This document shows, piece by piece, positions 38,223-48,412 of a stretch of 64,000 bases of DNA (the stretch's first letter is position 1; every line of letters begins with the position of its first letter). Source of the DNA: Candidatus Thorarchaeota archaeon (lineage in GTDB: Archaea > Asgardarchaeota > Thorarchaeia > Thorarchaeales > Thorarchaeaceae); assembly GCA_029855935.1 (NCBI GenBank), contig JAGSHN010000005.1, forward strand, positions 44,049 through 108,048, read 5' to 3'. The position numbers and the translations under genes are program-made. A model generated the notes under the pieces. It had not been told where the DNA came from. It saw only the letters and a list, made by a program, of their open reading frames with translations, and made no database searches.

Positions 38223-41200
38223 GTGGTCTACATCGATAAACTAGTGTGCAGAGGCTTCAAGTCTTTTGGCCGTGATACCGTCACAATCAAATTCCACCCG
38301 GGCTTCACGTGCATTGTGGGGCCGAATGGTTCCGGAAAATCCAATGTCGTTGATGCCCTTCTATTTGTACTTGGACAGCTCAGTGCAAAGACTCTGCGGG
38401 CAAATGTCTTCTCGGACCTGCTATACTCACCACCAAAACCGGGAATGCCACCCAAGGCGAAGTCTGCTCTCGTTCAGGTCCACTTCAACAATAAGGATCG
38501 AAAACTACCAGTCGATGCAGACAAGGTTGTGATAGAGCGAGAGCTCGACGAGTCGGGAAAATCGGTGTGCCGCGTGAATGGCAGGGTCGTCACTCGCTCT
38601 GCGGTCCTTGACCTTCTGAGCAGCATTGGAGTCGACCCGAACGGGTACAATCTCGTTCTCCAAGGTGAGATAGCTCAGATGGTCCAAGTCAGTCCGACAG
38701 ACCGCCGGAAGCTCATAGAGGACATAGCCGGAATCTCAGCCTACGACGAACAGAAGGAACGCGCTCTCAAGAAGCTGCAGGAGAGCGAGGCCAACCTCTC
38801 AAGAGTAGAAACGCAGCTTCAGGAACGCCGTCACCATCTGGAGAAGCTCGAGAATGAGCGTGAAGACGCCCTGAGATACGAGAGCATAAAGGCGCAGATT
38901 CGAGAGATTCGTATTGACCATCTCGCTTGGACAATAGTGAGGGCACAAAAGAGGATAGCCACGATCGACACCACACTGGCCGAACGCGCCCAAGAGGCCG
39001 AGGATCTCGAGAGACAGCTGAGAGAAACCGAGAGAGAGCGCGCCAAGATTGAGCAGGAGATTGGGGAGATAGAGGAGGAGATTGACAGAGTCACTGGTGG
39101 AGAGTCCGCCAGAATCTCAGAGAAGTTTGGAGTTCTCTCCTCGGCCGTCGAACATGCCCGACACAGCCTTGAAAGAATGGCTGAAGACATAGAGGCCAAG
39201 AGAAAGGAGAAAGAGGCCCTTGAGAGCGAACTTGAGGAGCTTCGCCGTCGGAGAGAGGCCAGTGCGACCCGAGTCAAGGAGAAACAAGAACAGCTTGAGC
39301 AATTGGAGAGGGAGATTGCTGAACGGGAGGCGCACCTCTCAAATCTGCAGAGGGCACTCCAAGAAGAGCAGGACCTCTACTACGAGACTCAGCAAAAACT
39401 TCAGGCGCTCAACGACAAGATAGTGTCACTTGACGAGCGCATTGCAGAGGTAAGGTCGAGCATCAAGACAGGAGAGCGTGAATCTCGGGCGTTGGAGGAG
39501 GATCGAGAACAGGCAGAAACTGCCCTAGAGAAGACCGCTGAGAAGCTGAGTGAGCTTGAGCACTCTATTCCCGAGATTCGAGAAGAGCTAACAAGACTTG
39601 AGGAGATGGAACAGGCCAAGCGAAACGAGCTGGAAGGTGTTGATAGACAGCTCAAGACGCTTGATGCCGAGATAGCCGAGACCCAGAAGATACTCACTGC
39701 AACCAGAGAAGAACTAATCAAAATCAAAGCACGTAGAGACGCACTGAAAGAGGCGGAGGAAGCATTTCTCAAGCGCAGGAGAGCCATCGCAAGAGTCCTC
39801 CAACTGCGTGATGAGGGTGTAGTGAAGGGCATATTTGGGACCGTCGCAGAACTTGGAACGATTGACCCTGAACTGTCGACTGCACTGGAGATAGCGGGAG
39901 GCAGCAGACTTGGATACATTGTTGTTGAGAACGAGGATGTTGCTACGGAGTGCATCGAGATTCTAAAGAGAGAACGTGCGGGTAGAGCATCATTCATCCC
40001 TCTGAACAGGATAAAGAGCAGAAAGCCCTCGTATGTGCCAGATGACGAGAGAGTCATAGGCTATGCAATGGACCTTGTCAAGTTCAACCCACAGGTTCAG
40101 CCTGCATTCGAGTTCGTGTTTTCAGACACCATTGTCACTGAGGACTTTAGCACCGCAAAGAGGCTCGGCTTCAAGGGATGGAGAGCAGTGTCTCTTGATG
40201 GTGATCTCGTGGAGAGGTCCGGATTGATAACTGGGGGATATCATCAGCGGACACCCACCGGACTCTCGTTGAAGATAGAGGACAGAAGTCCCGAGATTGA
40301 GCGTCGCCTCCAAGGACTTGAGTCGATACTTGACGAGCTTGCCGACAAGCGGAATTCGCTGGCGCGCACTCGGAGGGAACTGGAGAGGGAGATACAAGAC
40401 CTCACGAAGACGAGCTACCGTATGAGAATCAAGGCCCAGCTATTTCAGGAGCAGCACACCGAACTCGTGAGCAGGCAGGAGTCCCTGAAACAGAGAATAG
40501 AGGCGATGGGAGAGAAACTGGAGAAGATACGCAGGCAGCTCGCGGAGCTCCACGAGGAGGAAAAGAGTCTCTCCCTGAGGCGCGAGAGCCTTCTGGCAGA
40601 ACGGGAGAGGTACAGTGAGCGCATTGCCCAGTCCCGTGCTATGCAGGTCGCCCGGGAGATGAGAGAGCTCCAGAAAATAGTTGAGGACCTCAAACATGCA
40701 CGTGAGAGTCTGCATAGTGAGGTCACAGAGCTGACCGTGGCGCTGAGCCAGAGATACGAGCCGAGGATAGCCGAGATTGAGAACAGAATAGACGCAGTCT
40801 GTCGTGAGGTAGAGGCCCTGAAAGCAAGAGAGGCCAGTCTGCGGCAGGAGCTCGATTCCAAGGAGAGAGAACTCGAAGAAACAGGGCGGGCACGCGAGAG
40901 AATTGAGGACAGGGTCAAGGACAGACGTACACAACAGCTTGAGCTCAAGGAGCGAGCCCGAAACCTACGGTTCCGACACGAGCAAATCAGAGATGCACAG
41001 ACAGCAAATGAGAAGGCGGTCTACAGACTGCAGACAGAACGGTCCAGACTTGAAACTGAGATTGAGGGATGGAGGGCCGAACTCGACACGCTCTCAGACT
41101 GTGAAGCGGAGATTCAGAAGAGGAGCTCGGAACGCGAGCCAACGTATAAGGAGCTCGACCAGCTGACCGACAAGATCAGGGAGCTGGAGAGAGAGCTGGA

Positions 41201-41813
41201 GGAGATGGGACCAGTCAACCTGAAGTCGCTCACGGACTATGATGCTGAGAGGGAGCGATACGAGGAGATAGTGGACAAGAAGGCTCAGCTCGAGGAGGAA
41301 CACAAGGAGATACTGCGATTCATGGAGGAGCTTGAGAGAGAGAAGACACGAAAGTTCCTTCAGGTGTACAATGAGATTGCTGACAACTTCTCAAGAGTGT
41401 TTGCGAAACTCTCTCCGGGCGGAGAGGCCAGCCTGATGCTGGAGAATCCAGAGCATCCGCTGATGGGTGGCGTCACAGTACGGTCGAAACCGCGGGGAAA
41501 GGAGGTCGTTTCTCTCACTGCAATGAGCGGAGGTGAGAAGACGCTCACGGGACTCGCGCTCATATTCGCGATTCAGATGTACAGTCCCGCCAGCTTCTAC
41601 GTGTTCGATGAGATAGATGCGGCACTCGATGACGTGAATGCGCACAACGTTGCACTTCTGATTCAGGAGATGTCCAAGTCGTCCCAGTTCATAGTGGTTT
41701 CCCTGAGGGATGTCACCGCTCAGAAGGCCGATGTGTTGGTAGGTGTTTCGAACCAAGACGGAATCTCAAGAATCGTCGCGGTGGACCTAGAGGAGGTGGG
41801 GGCGACAGCTTGA
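38223..41813 (+). CDS. smc: Chromosome segregation protein SMC
   Basis: GFKSF, GPNGSGKSN, long coiled coils, hinge, MSGGEKT, FDEIDAALD. Confidence 0.97.
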   Translation: MVYIDKLVCRGFKSFGRDTVTIKFHPGFTCIVGPNGSGKSNVVDALLFVLGQLSAKTLRANVFSDLLYSPPKPGMPPKAKSALVQVHFNNKDRKLPVDADKVVIERELDESGKSVCRVNGRVVTRSAVLDLLSSIGVDPNGYNLVLQGEIAQMVQVSPTDRRKLIEDIAGISAYDEQKERALKKLQESEANLSRVETQLQERRHHLEKLENEREDALRYESIKAQIREIRIDHLAWTIVRAQKRIATIDTTLAERAQEAEDLERQLRETERERAKIEQEIGEIEEEIDRVTGGESARISEKFGVLSSAVEHARHSLERMAEDIEAKRKEKEALESELEELRRRREASATRVKEKQEQLEQLEREIAEREAHLSNLQRALQEEQDLYYETQQKLQALNDKIVSLDERIAEVRSSIKTGERESRALEEDREQAETALEKTAEKLSELEHSIPEIREELTRLEEMEQAKRNELEGVDRQLKTLDAEIAETQKILTATREELIKIKARRDALKEAEEAFLKRRRAIARVLQLRDEGVVKGIFGTVAELGTIDPELSTALEIAGGSRLGYIVVENEDVATECIEILKRERAGRASFIPLNRIKSRKPSYVPDDERVIGYAMDLVKFNPQVQPAFEFVFSDTIVTEDFSTAKRLGFKGWRAVSLDGDLVERSGLITGGYHQRTPTGLSLKIEDRSPEIERRLQGLESILDELADKRNSLARTRRELEREIQDLTKTSYRMRIKAQLFQEQHTELVSRQESLKQRIEAMGEKLEKIRRQLAELHEEEKSLSLRRESLLAERERYSERIAQSRAMQVAREMRELQKIVEDLKHARESLHSEVTELTVALSQRYEPRIAEIENRIDAVCREVEALKAREASLRQELDSKERELEETGRARERIEDRVKDRRTQQLELKERARNLRFRHEQIRDAQTANEKAVYRLQTERSRLETEIEGWRAELDTLSDCEAEIQKRSSEREPTYKELDQLTDKIRELERELEEMGPVNLKSLTDYDAERERYEEIVDKKAQLEEEHKEILRFMEELEREKTRKFLQVYNEIADNFSRVFAKLSPGGEASLMLENPEHPLMGGVTVRSKPRGKEVVSLTAMSGGEKTLTGLALIFAIQMYSPASFYVFDEIDAALDDVNAHNVALLIQEMSKSSQFIVVSLRDVTAQKADVLVGVSNQDGISRIVAVDLEEVGATA

Positions 41814-42526
41814 GCGATGGTCAGAGTGACGTGCCGTTCTGGGTCCAACCACCCTACATCCTCCTCACCGATGTTCTTCAACTCGACAAGGTGCAGCCAT
41901 GGAACGTCAACGTGGGGCGTCTTGTTTCCGAGTTCCTGCGCGAGATGCGGCAAATGGGGGATATAGACTTCCGTGTGTCAGGTAATGCTCTGTATTCTGC
42001 CTCAGTGATATTCATGAGGAAGACGAGAGAACTCGTCCAGATGGGAGTGCTCCCCCAAGAGGAGGAAGAAGACGAAGAGGAGCTCGAGATTCCACTCATT
42101 CGCCCACCATTCAGACTAACGAACAGAAGAGTCACGCTTCAAGAATTGATCATTGCAATGGACCGGGTGTTGAGCCGTGGCCCGCGTCGTCGAGCCCCAC
42201 CCAAAAAGAGGAGGACCAGATCGCCTCTCGGGCCACTGTCCTTTGCCGTGGACTCTCAGCGGGCTGATGCGGAGGAAACTGTTCTGCAGGTCTATTCTGA
42301 CCTCAGGGAGATGGTCGGTATTGGCAAGACGGTGCGGTTCTTCGATGTGATTATGAGCAGTACAAGACGTGAGATTGTACGCGTCTTCTTCGCTCTGCTT
42401 CATCTCTATTCCAGGTCCTTTGTTGATATCTGGATGGACGAGGAGGATGTCATCTGGATAAGATTGCTCGACCCTCCATCGGATGAGCAGGGTAAAGACG
42501 AACTCGCAGCCGTGGCGAGAGAGTAG
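41810..42526 (+). CDS. scpA: Kleisin ScpA
   Basis: QPWNVNV, SGNALYSAS, FFALLHL; overlaps the smc stop. Confidence 0.88.
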   Translation: MSDGQSDVPFWVQPPYILLTDVLQLDKVQPWNVNVGRLVSEFLREMRQMGDIDFRVSGNALYSASVIFMRKTRELVQMGVLPQEEEEDEEELEIPLIRPPFRLTNRRVTLQELIIAMDRVLSRGPRRRAPPKKRRTRSPLGPLSFAVDSQRADAEETVLQVYSDLREMVGIGKTVRFFDVIMSSTRREIVRVFFALLHLYSRSFVDIWMDEEDVIWIRLLDPPSDEQGKDELAAVARE

Positions 42527-42534
42527 GTGGTCAT

Positions 42535-43086
42535 ATGGATGACGACATAGTCACTCTTGAGGCGGCACTCTATGTTGCCGGACGGCCGCTCACAATCACA
42601 GAGCTGGCAGCAATAATTGGCAAGGCCGAGTCCACAGCCGAGAAGCTACTCGAAGAGCTTGAGTATGAGTATCAGAAACGCAATGGAGCGCTAGAGATAG
42701 TCAGGCTCCCGCGGGACCGCTATGTGATGCAGCTCAAGCCCGAACTGACCCCGCGTGTTGGAAAGTTGATACCCGGCGGGCTTCTGTCTTTCGCCACACT
42801 TCAGACCCTAGTCTACATTGCGCTGAAACAGCCAATCCTCCAATCGGAGCTGGCAATGCAGCGAGGTACACAAGTATACGACCATATCAGGGAACTCGTA
42901 GAGAAGAAGTTCGTAGAGGCCACCCCACAGGGCCGTTCGAAGATTCTCAGGACAACCACACTCTTCGCGGACTACTTTGGTCTCGACCACGATGTGGTCA
43001 GGATGAAGGCTCAGTTGAGGTACAAGATGAAGCAGATCCTGCAGCAGCAGTCTGCCGAAGGGATGACAGGGGGGAGGAGTACCTAG
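42535..43086 (+). CDS. scpB: ScpB
   Basis: LEAALYVAGRPL, TLVYIALKQPI, TTTLFADYFGL. Confidence 0.93.
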   Translation: MDDDIVTLEAALYVAGRPLTITELAAIIGKAESTAEKLLEELEYEYQKRNGALEIVRLPRDRYVMQLKPELTPRVGKLIPGGLLSFATLQTLVYIALKQPILQSELAMQRGTQVYDHIRELVEKKFVEATPQGRSKILRTTTLFADYFGLDHDVVRMKAQLRYKMKQILQQQSAEGMTGGRST

Positions 43087-44093
43087 CAGACTCGAGGCAC
43101 GGGCTCACCATACGGCACCTGAACCACCTTGCGCCCCCCAATGCTGGTACGCATGACAACACGGCCCGGCCCCTCTCGTACTGTCCCAATTGCCTTGGCA
43201 TCAGATGTGGTCTTGTGAGTTCTTAGAGCCTTCAGGACCTCGTCGGTCCTATCAGAGTCCACTATGATGATGGCCGTTCCCTCGCAGCTCATATGTAGCG
43301 GATCGAGACCAAGAATCTCGCATAGAGAACGTACAGCGGGGCGTACAGGAATCTGCTCTTGATCTATCTCAATTTCTACGTGCGACTTTGATGCTATCTC
43401 ATTGAGCGCCACCGCAGAACCACCACGTGTTGGATCCTTCATCGAATGAATGCCACCTACGTCCAGAGCATCGCGAATCGGTGACCATAGCGGTGCGACA
43501 TCGCTCTTTAGGGAGGTGTCGAAGGCAAGACCCTCACGATGCGCCAGTAGGGTGGTCCCATGGTCGCCAATCGGGCCGGTGACAATGACATCGTCACCAA
43601 CCTGTGCACCACTATCCGAGACTGGTGTGTCTAAGTACGTCCGACCGATGCCCGTGGTGGAGATCACCAGCCCATCCAACGTTCCACGTGGCATCACTTT
43701 TGTGTCGCCAGCAATCATAGCGACGTTCAAGGGGGCAATCACCTCATTGATGGATGACAGTATCCTCTGGAGGTTGTCGATGCCGAACCCCTCTTCCACG
43801 ACTACCGTGTTGGTCATTGCGATTGGCTGTGCGCCCATCACAGCAAGGTCGTTTATCGTCCCGCAGGCAGACAACTTGCCTATGTCCCCACCGGGAAAGA
43901 ACAGGGGCTGCACCGTGTGAGCATCCGTACAGACCACAAATTGCCCCGTTGTGTCAAGAGTCGCTCCGTCATCCATCTCATCAAGACCAATCGCACCCAG
44001 CCGTCGATGTGAGAACGACGGAACTATCACCTCTTCAATGAGTTTCTGCATCACTCTTCCGCCAGCGCCGTGAGCGGACTCTATGCGGGCCAT
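43083..44093 (-). CDS. hypE: Hydrogenase maturation protein HypE
   Basis: HGAGG, FFPGGDIG, GDTKV, DPTRGG, C-terminal PRVC. Confidence 0.95.
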   Translation of the reverse strand: MARIESAHGAGGRVMQKLIEEVIVPSFSHRRLGAIGLDEMDDGATLDTTGQFVVCTDAHTVQPLFFPGGDIGKLSACGTINDLAVMGAQPIAMTNTVVVEEGFGIDNLQRILSSINEVIAPLNVAMIAGDTKVMPRGTLDGLVISTTGIGRTYLDTPVSDSGAQVGDDVIVTGPIGDHGTTLLAHREGLAFDTSLKSDVAPLWSPIRDALDVGGIHSMKDPTRGGSAVALNEIASKSHVEIEIDQEQIPVRPAVRSLCEILGLDPLHMSCEGTAIIIVDSDRTDEVLKALRTHKTTSDAKAIGTVREGPGRVVMRTSIGGRKVVQVPYGEPVPRVC

Positions 44094-44240
44094 GGACGTG
44101 TCTCCATACTGTCTTATGGCGAACTCCACCCGTAGGACTATTTGAACAAGTCGTTGTGTTCACACAGAAGACGGCCACTGAGCAAGATTTAAAACACGTC
44201 TACAAAGAGCGACAGTGACCTATTCGAGAGGTAGTCCAAG

Positions 44241-44618
44241 ATGGGTGTCTGGCATAGAAGGTCGAAGCGGATTGCTACTGGAGCACGCCTCAGGGAGTTT
44301 AGAAGTAAGAGAAAGCACGAGATGGGGCGTACGCCCACTGAGACCCTGATGGGCGAACCAAAGATACTCGTTATTGACAGCAAGGGTGCAAGGAAGAAGA
44401 CCCCTGCGCTCCGGGTAAAGTACGCCAATGTCACTGATCCAAAGAAGAATCAGACCTTCAAGGCAGAGATACTGGATGTTGAGAAGAACGAGGCCAACAT
44501 GGACTACCAACGACGAAAGGTCATCACCCGAGGGACCATAATCAAGACCTCTAAGGGACGCGCGCGGGTCACCAGTCGGCCCGGACAGGACGGCATCGTC
44601 AACGCAATTCTGATTTGA
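44241..44618 (+). CDS. rps8e: Ribosomal protein eS8
   Basis: RSKRIATGA, KRKHEMGR, VTSRPGQDGIVNA. Confidence 0.97.
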   Translation: MGVWHRRSKRIATGARLREFRSKRKHEMGRTPTETLMGEPKILVIDSKGARKKTPALRVKYANVTDPKKNQTFKAEILDVEKNEANMDYQRRKVITRGTIIKTSKGRARVTSRPGQDGIVNAILI

Positions 44619-44880
44619 GTTCCATTTTCACTAATGGCTATTCTTGTCAACATTGACTACTCAGGCTTATTGGCCGAAAGTATCTACCAACATCCACCGG
44701 GACCGAATACGGGGTCTTTCGTCGATACGGCGTGCCCCCATCATAGGAGCGGATGGATCGCTCGTTGCCACTGTTCTCCACGGTTAGAGAGCCGAACGTG
44801 CTGTTTTGTGTTACTCGTAGTAGGGTGGTATGGAGGCCACGAATTTGAATCTTGTCGTAGGCGCGTGTCATCAAAATGCA

Positions 44881-47800
44881 CTACCTAACACTAATGTAAC
44901 CTAGATTTTCCCCTACTCGTACACCAGATATGTGCGGTATTTCGGGCCTTGCTAACGCGAAACACCTCATGCGTTGATGATCCGGCCATATCCACGATTC
45001 TTCACGACGAAGATAGAGCAGGATTTCGGCTAACTTGTTCTTTGAGAACCTGCGTAGTGATGCCAAATCAAGGGGATGATCCTCAAAGAAGAACTCAAAG
45101 ATCTTCCCCCAATCACGGGTTGTCACAGGATAGACGTGACTATGATCTTCAATCAAGAGGGCAATCGGTGTGCCGGTTTCGTCTTCAAGCAGACGTACCG
45201 GCAGTGTTCTATTGCTCGCAGTGTGTGCGGCCTCCAGTTTCTTTAGTAAAGGATTTCCTATGCTCACGAAGTCATCATCAACGGGATCGACACTTACCCG
45301 CTCGCCCTCGATCTCGACTGTTGATTTGCTCTCAGACCTAACAGCCAGCCCAGACTGCACCGCAGCCCGCTCAATGACACGAATGAGATGAGCATACGGC
45401 GACTTGTCAATAATAGTTTGAACATCTTTCGAGTCGGCATGGAGGATCTGGTTCTTCCTGTATTCTGCCCTTGCACGTTCTATCTCTTCCAATGTGAGAT
45501 TCACTATGGGAACCCTGCCATCTGCAAGCGATGAAATGACTCGCTTCTGCTGATCAGTGAGTATTTCGGGAACTTGGCCCACGACAGCCCTGAAATCGGT
45601 TCTCCTATCTTCTAGGACTCTGTACATCCTCTCTTCAATCGAATTCGGATAGTATAGGTTTATCAAATAGACATCTTTGGCCCTCTGTCCGAGCCTGTCA
45701 ACTCGTCCAAACCGCTGGAACAGCATAGCGGGGTTCCAAGGCACATCAACGTTTACCACTTCATTTGCATAGTGAAGATTCAATCCCTCGCTTGCTGCAT
45801 CGGAACAGACAAGGACCCTTATCGACCCCCTCTTCAGCAAGCTAACGATGTCCTTTGGGGAACATTCGTGCAGTATTGGCCTTGTCCCATCCCATGCATA
45901 GGTCCCGACACACTCGCCATCGTATCGGCCCACCCCAAAAGTGTCCACGAGCACTCCAAGCATCTCGATGATGGCGTCGGTCGTCGAAGTGTACCTGCTA
46001 AACACAAGAACTTTTCTGCCTCGTGAAACGTGGTCTGACAAGATCTGCCTCAACCCTGTCATTTTCGGGTCCACCAATTGGCCACCGCTCTGAAACGCAC
46101 GTTCGATTAAGTCCAAGATTCGTTGAACTGCGTAAAACTCCGTTTTGGCCCTTTGGACTGAAACGTTGCTTAGTTCACCATTGGAGGCGTCCATATCGTA
46201 CTCAAGGTCGCTGTCCAGTTCGTTTTCACGTTGATCGTTTCCAGTCAACGGAGAGAAACAACCACGATCTACGATTGACTGAAGATACTCTTTTCTGCGC
46301 CGCAGTGTGTCAACTGCGGCTCTGATTGAAGAAACAATCCTTTGCCTATACAAGCTTCGCACAAGCCCAGTCCTGTTTCCATAGTACGACTCTGCATAAG
46401 CGAGATGTCTGCTGACGAAGTCCTCAAGTTCTTGGAGGAACTCTTCCTGCTCCTTGGTGACATTGATTCGTGGACTATACAAGTGGGGAGTTGGAAAGCG
46501 GTATCCAATGCTAGATAGGGTTATTCTTTCGCTCCTTACTGCCAAGAACGTAGCGGGATGTGTGGCAATCACAACTTCTTCTGGCAACGGCCGTACTTGC
46601 CGTGCAATCGTTTCATAGAACTTGGTATCTTTGTCGCATTTCTCAGTGGAGAAGCACTCAAGAGGCCCCACCAGACCGTGTCTTTCGCCCAGTTCATATT
46701 CTTGGGCAAATTGATGAATATATCTGAGGTGAGTTACTACAGTGCTCAATACACCGTGTGGGATTTCGCCTCGAAACCACCTTGAATAGTAGTCCAGTGC
46801 CTCTTTGAAGCCCTCAGGGACACCAAGGATATCTAACAGGGAGTAGTAGTCCATGATGTTCGTCTGGTAGGGCGTAGCTGTGAGGAGAAGGATATGCGGG
46901 ATATGCCTCTGCATATCTTTCAGTAGTTTGTATAGCCGTGTTGACCGCCCGTCTGAAGTGTCATCATGAATCCTGGCGTGATGCGCCTCATCAACGACGA
47001 GAAGGTCTGGCATATCTTCCAGATCAAGTTGGGGATTGCTTCGTGAATCACCTCTTAGCCAGTGCCAAGACATGATCAGCAGATTAATTCCGTTATCGCA
47101 ACGGAAGGGCTTTCTCCCTACTTGTATTGAGTCCAGATCGGTTTGACAAGTCTGGGTTCTCGAGTCATATACCCAGAAGTTCAGGCCAAATAATTTCTTC
47201 AGTTCCTGCTGCCATTGTTTCATAAGAGAAGCTGGTGTGAGTATGAGAACGCGACGGACACCGCCGAAACGCAGCAGATAATGGATGATAGACCCAGCCT
47301 CAATCGTCTTGCCTAGTCCAACTTCATCCGCAAGAAGAATCCTGATTGGCCATCTGCTTAGAGCTTGGACATACGCGTGGATTTGGTGCGGTAGCAAGCC
47401 CACATAAGGAAACGCAAGCGCACAATAAAGAGGTGAGCGCGAAACCGCGTCCGCGAAAGAGGCCCAAGAGATCCAATCTTGTCCCTCATTACTGTCAGTG
47501 CGTGCTTCGATGGGGGCGTGCTCAACCATTTGTGTTGCGGTGGAGCCGACTCTGTTTTTGCGAGATGTCAAAGCATGGTTGTATTCATCAACTACAGCAC
47601 AGAACTCGTCCGTAAAAGGCATGGTTTCAACATCAGAACTTACGCAGTTCCACATCTCCTCGAAGCGCTTCAAGAAGTATTCGCTTACTTCTCGCTCATG
47701 CGGAATCCAAGAGCGGTGCAGAACAGCATCTTCAATATTCTTTGTAAGACCCCTTACCGACTCGTTCACAGACCCAGTTATGACAGAATATCTCAGCCCT

Positions 47801-48393
47801 TGTCGGCGCCTTAGAGAGAGAGACTGGTAGTACCGTCTACCAGCCCAGCTGAACAAGCGCCAGATCTTCGATCGTATTTGCCGAGGCTCTCTATCGTTGC
47901 CCTCATGATGGATTACCATGAACTTGGAATGGAACAGGGCAACTTCGGGATTGGGCCAAGTGCCATGTCTTTGATAATAGTCTATGTTAGCCCTTGGCGT
48001 TACCAGTCTAACCTGCATGGCATGTTGATTGAACATCTCCCGGAGTACTGATAGAATGTCACCGCTCTCTTGACCAAGAAGAGTCAAGAGTTCTTCTGTA
48101 TATCCTCTCAGAGCCTCTGCGACTGCTCTCTTTACAGCATCTGTGACTGTGAGGCCGGGCCGGAGAGCAGGTACAACGGCCTTTGACTGGTGAAAGCCAA
48201 CAATCAATCTTACGAAGCCACCTCGTTTCCAAATCGCAGCCAGCTCCCGGAGCAAAATGAGAAGCGAGTAGGGATCATAGAATGATGTGACACGGTCGTA
48301 CTGATAACCTTCCCGCAAAAGAGGCCCGATCATTCTCCTATAGATCTCTTCTCCACGTCCACTAATGGCCCGATACGGGGGACCTGATGTCAT
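44881..48393 (-). CDS. SNF2 (RapA/DrmD-like) helicase with N-terminal PLD-like nuclease domain
   Basis: PLD: FHSKF...TGSVNE. SNF2: LADEVGLGKT, DEAHH, TATP, SEGLNL, PWNP..QRFGRVDRLGQ. Start uncertain (48393-48453). Confidence 0.9.
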   Translation of the reverse strand: MTSGPPYRAISGRGEEIYRRMIGPLLREGYQYDRVTSFYDPYSLLILLRELAAIWKRGGFVRLIVGFHQSKAVVPALRPGLTVTDAVKRAVAEALRGYTEELLTLLGQESGDILSVLREMFNQHAMQVRLVTPRANIDYYQRHGTWPNPEVALFHSKFMVIHHEGNDREPRQIRSKIWRLFSWAGRRYYQSLSLRRRQGLRYSVITGSVNESVRGLTKNIEDAVLHRSWIPHEREVSEYFLKRFEEMWNCVSSDVETMPFTDEFCAVVDEYNHALTSRKNRVGSTATQMVEHAPIEARTDSNEGQDWISWASFADAVSRSPLYCALAFPYVGLLPHQIHAYVQALSRWPIRILLADEVGLGKTIEAGSIIHYLLRFGGVRRVLILTPASLMKQWQQELKKLFGLNFWVYDSRTQTCQTDLDSIQVGRKPFRCDNGINLLIMSWHWLRGDSRSNPQLDLEDMPDLLVVDEAHHARIHDDTSDGRSTRLYKLLKDMQRHIPHILLLTATPYQTNIMDYYSLLDILGVPEGFKEALDYYSRWFRGEIPHGVLSTVVTHLRYIHQFAQEYELGERHGLVGPLECFSTEKCDKDTKFYETIARQVRPLPEEVVIATHPATFLAVRSERITLSSIGYRFPTPHLYSPRINVTKEQEEFLQELEDFVSRHLAYAESYYGNRTGLVRSLYRQRIVSSIRAAVDTLRRRKEYLQSIVDRGCFSPLTGNDQRENELDSDLEYDMDASNGELSNVSVQRAKTEFYAVQRILDLIERAFQSGGQLVDPKMTGLRQILSDHVSRGRKVLVFSRYTSTTDAIIEMLGVLVDTFGVGRYDGECVGTYAWDGTRPILHECSPKDIVSLLKRGSIRVLVCSDAASEGLNLHYANEVVNVDVPWNPAMLFQRFGRVDRLGQRAKDVYLINLYYPNSIEERMYRVLEDRRTDFRAVVGQVPEILTDQQKRVISSLADGRVPIVNLTLEEIERARAEYRKNQILHADSKDVQTIIDKSPYAHLIRVIERAAVQSGLAVRSESKSTVEIEGERVSVDPVDDDFVSIGNPLLKKLEAAHTASNRTLPVRLLEDETGTPIALLIEDHSHVYPVTTRDWGKIFEFFFEDHPLDLASLRRFSKNKLAEILLYLRREESWIWPDHQRMRCFALARPEIPHISGVRVGENLGYISVR

Positions 48394-48412
48394 CGGATGT
48401 AGACCCCCAGCT

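Noticed and set aside
38800-41350. GAGA-rich quasi-repeats
   Set aside because: Explained by Glu/Arg-rich SMC coiled-coil codons.
44619-44880. SRP (7S) RNA or small ORFs downstream of rps8e
   Set aside because: No helix-8 GNAR motif or long GC-rich terminal helix seen; the 84-aa and 75-aa ORFs have no recognisable features. Probably an island junction.
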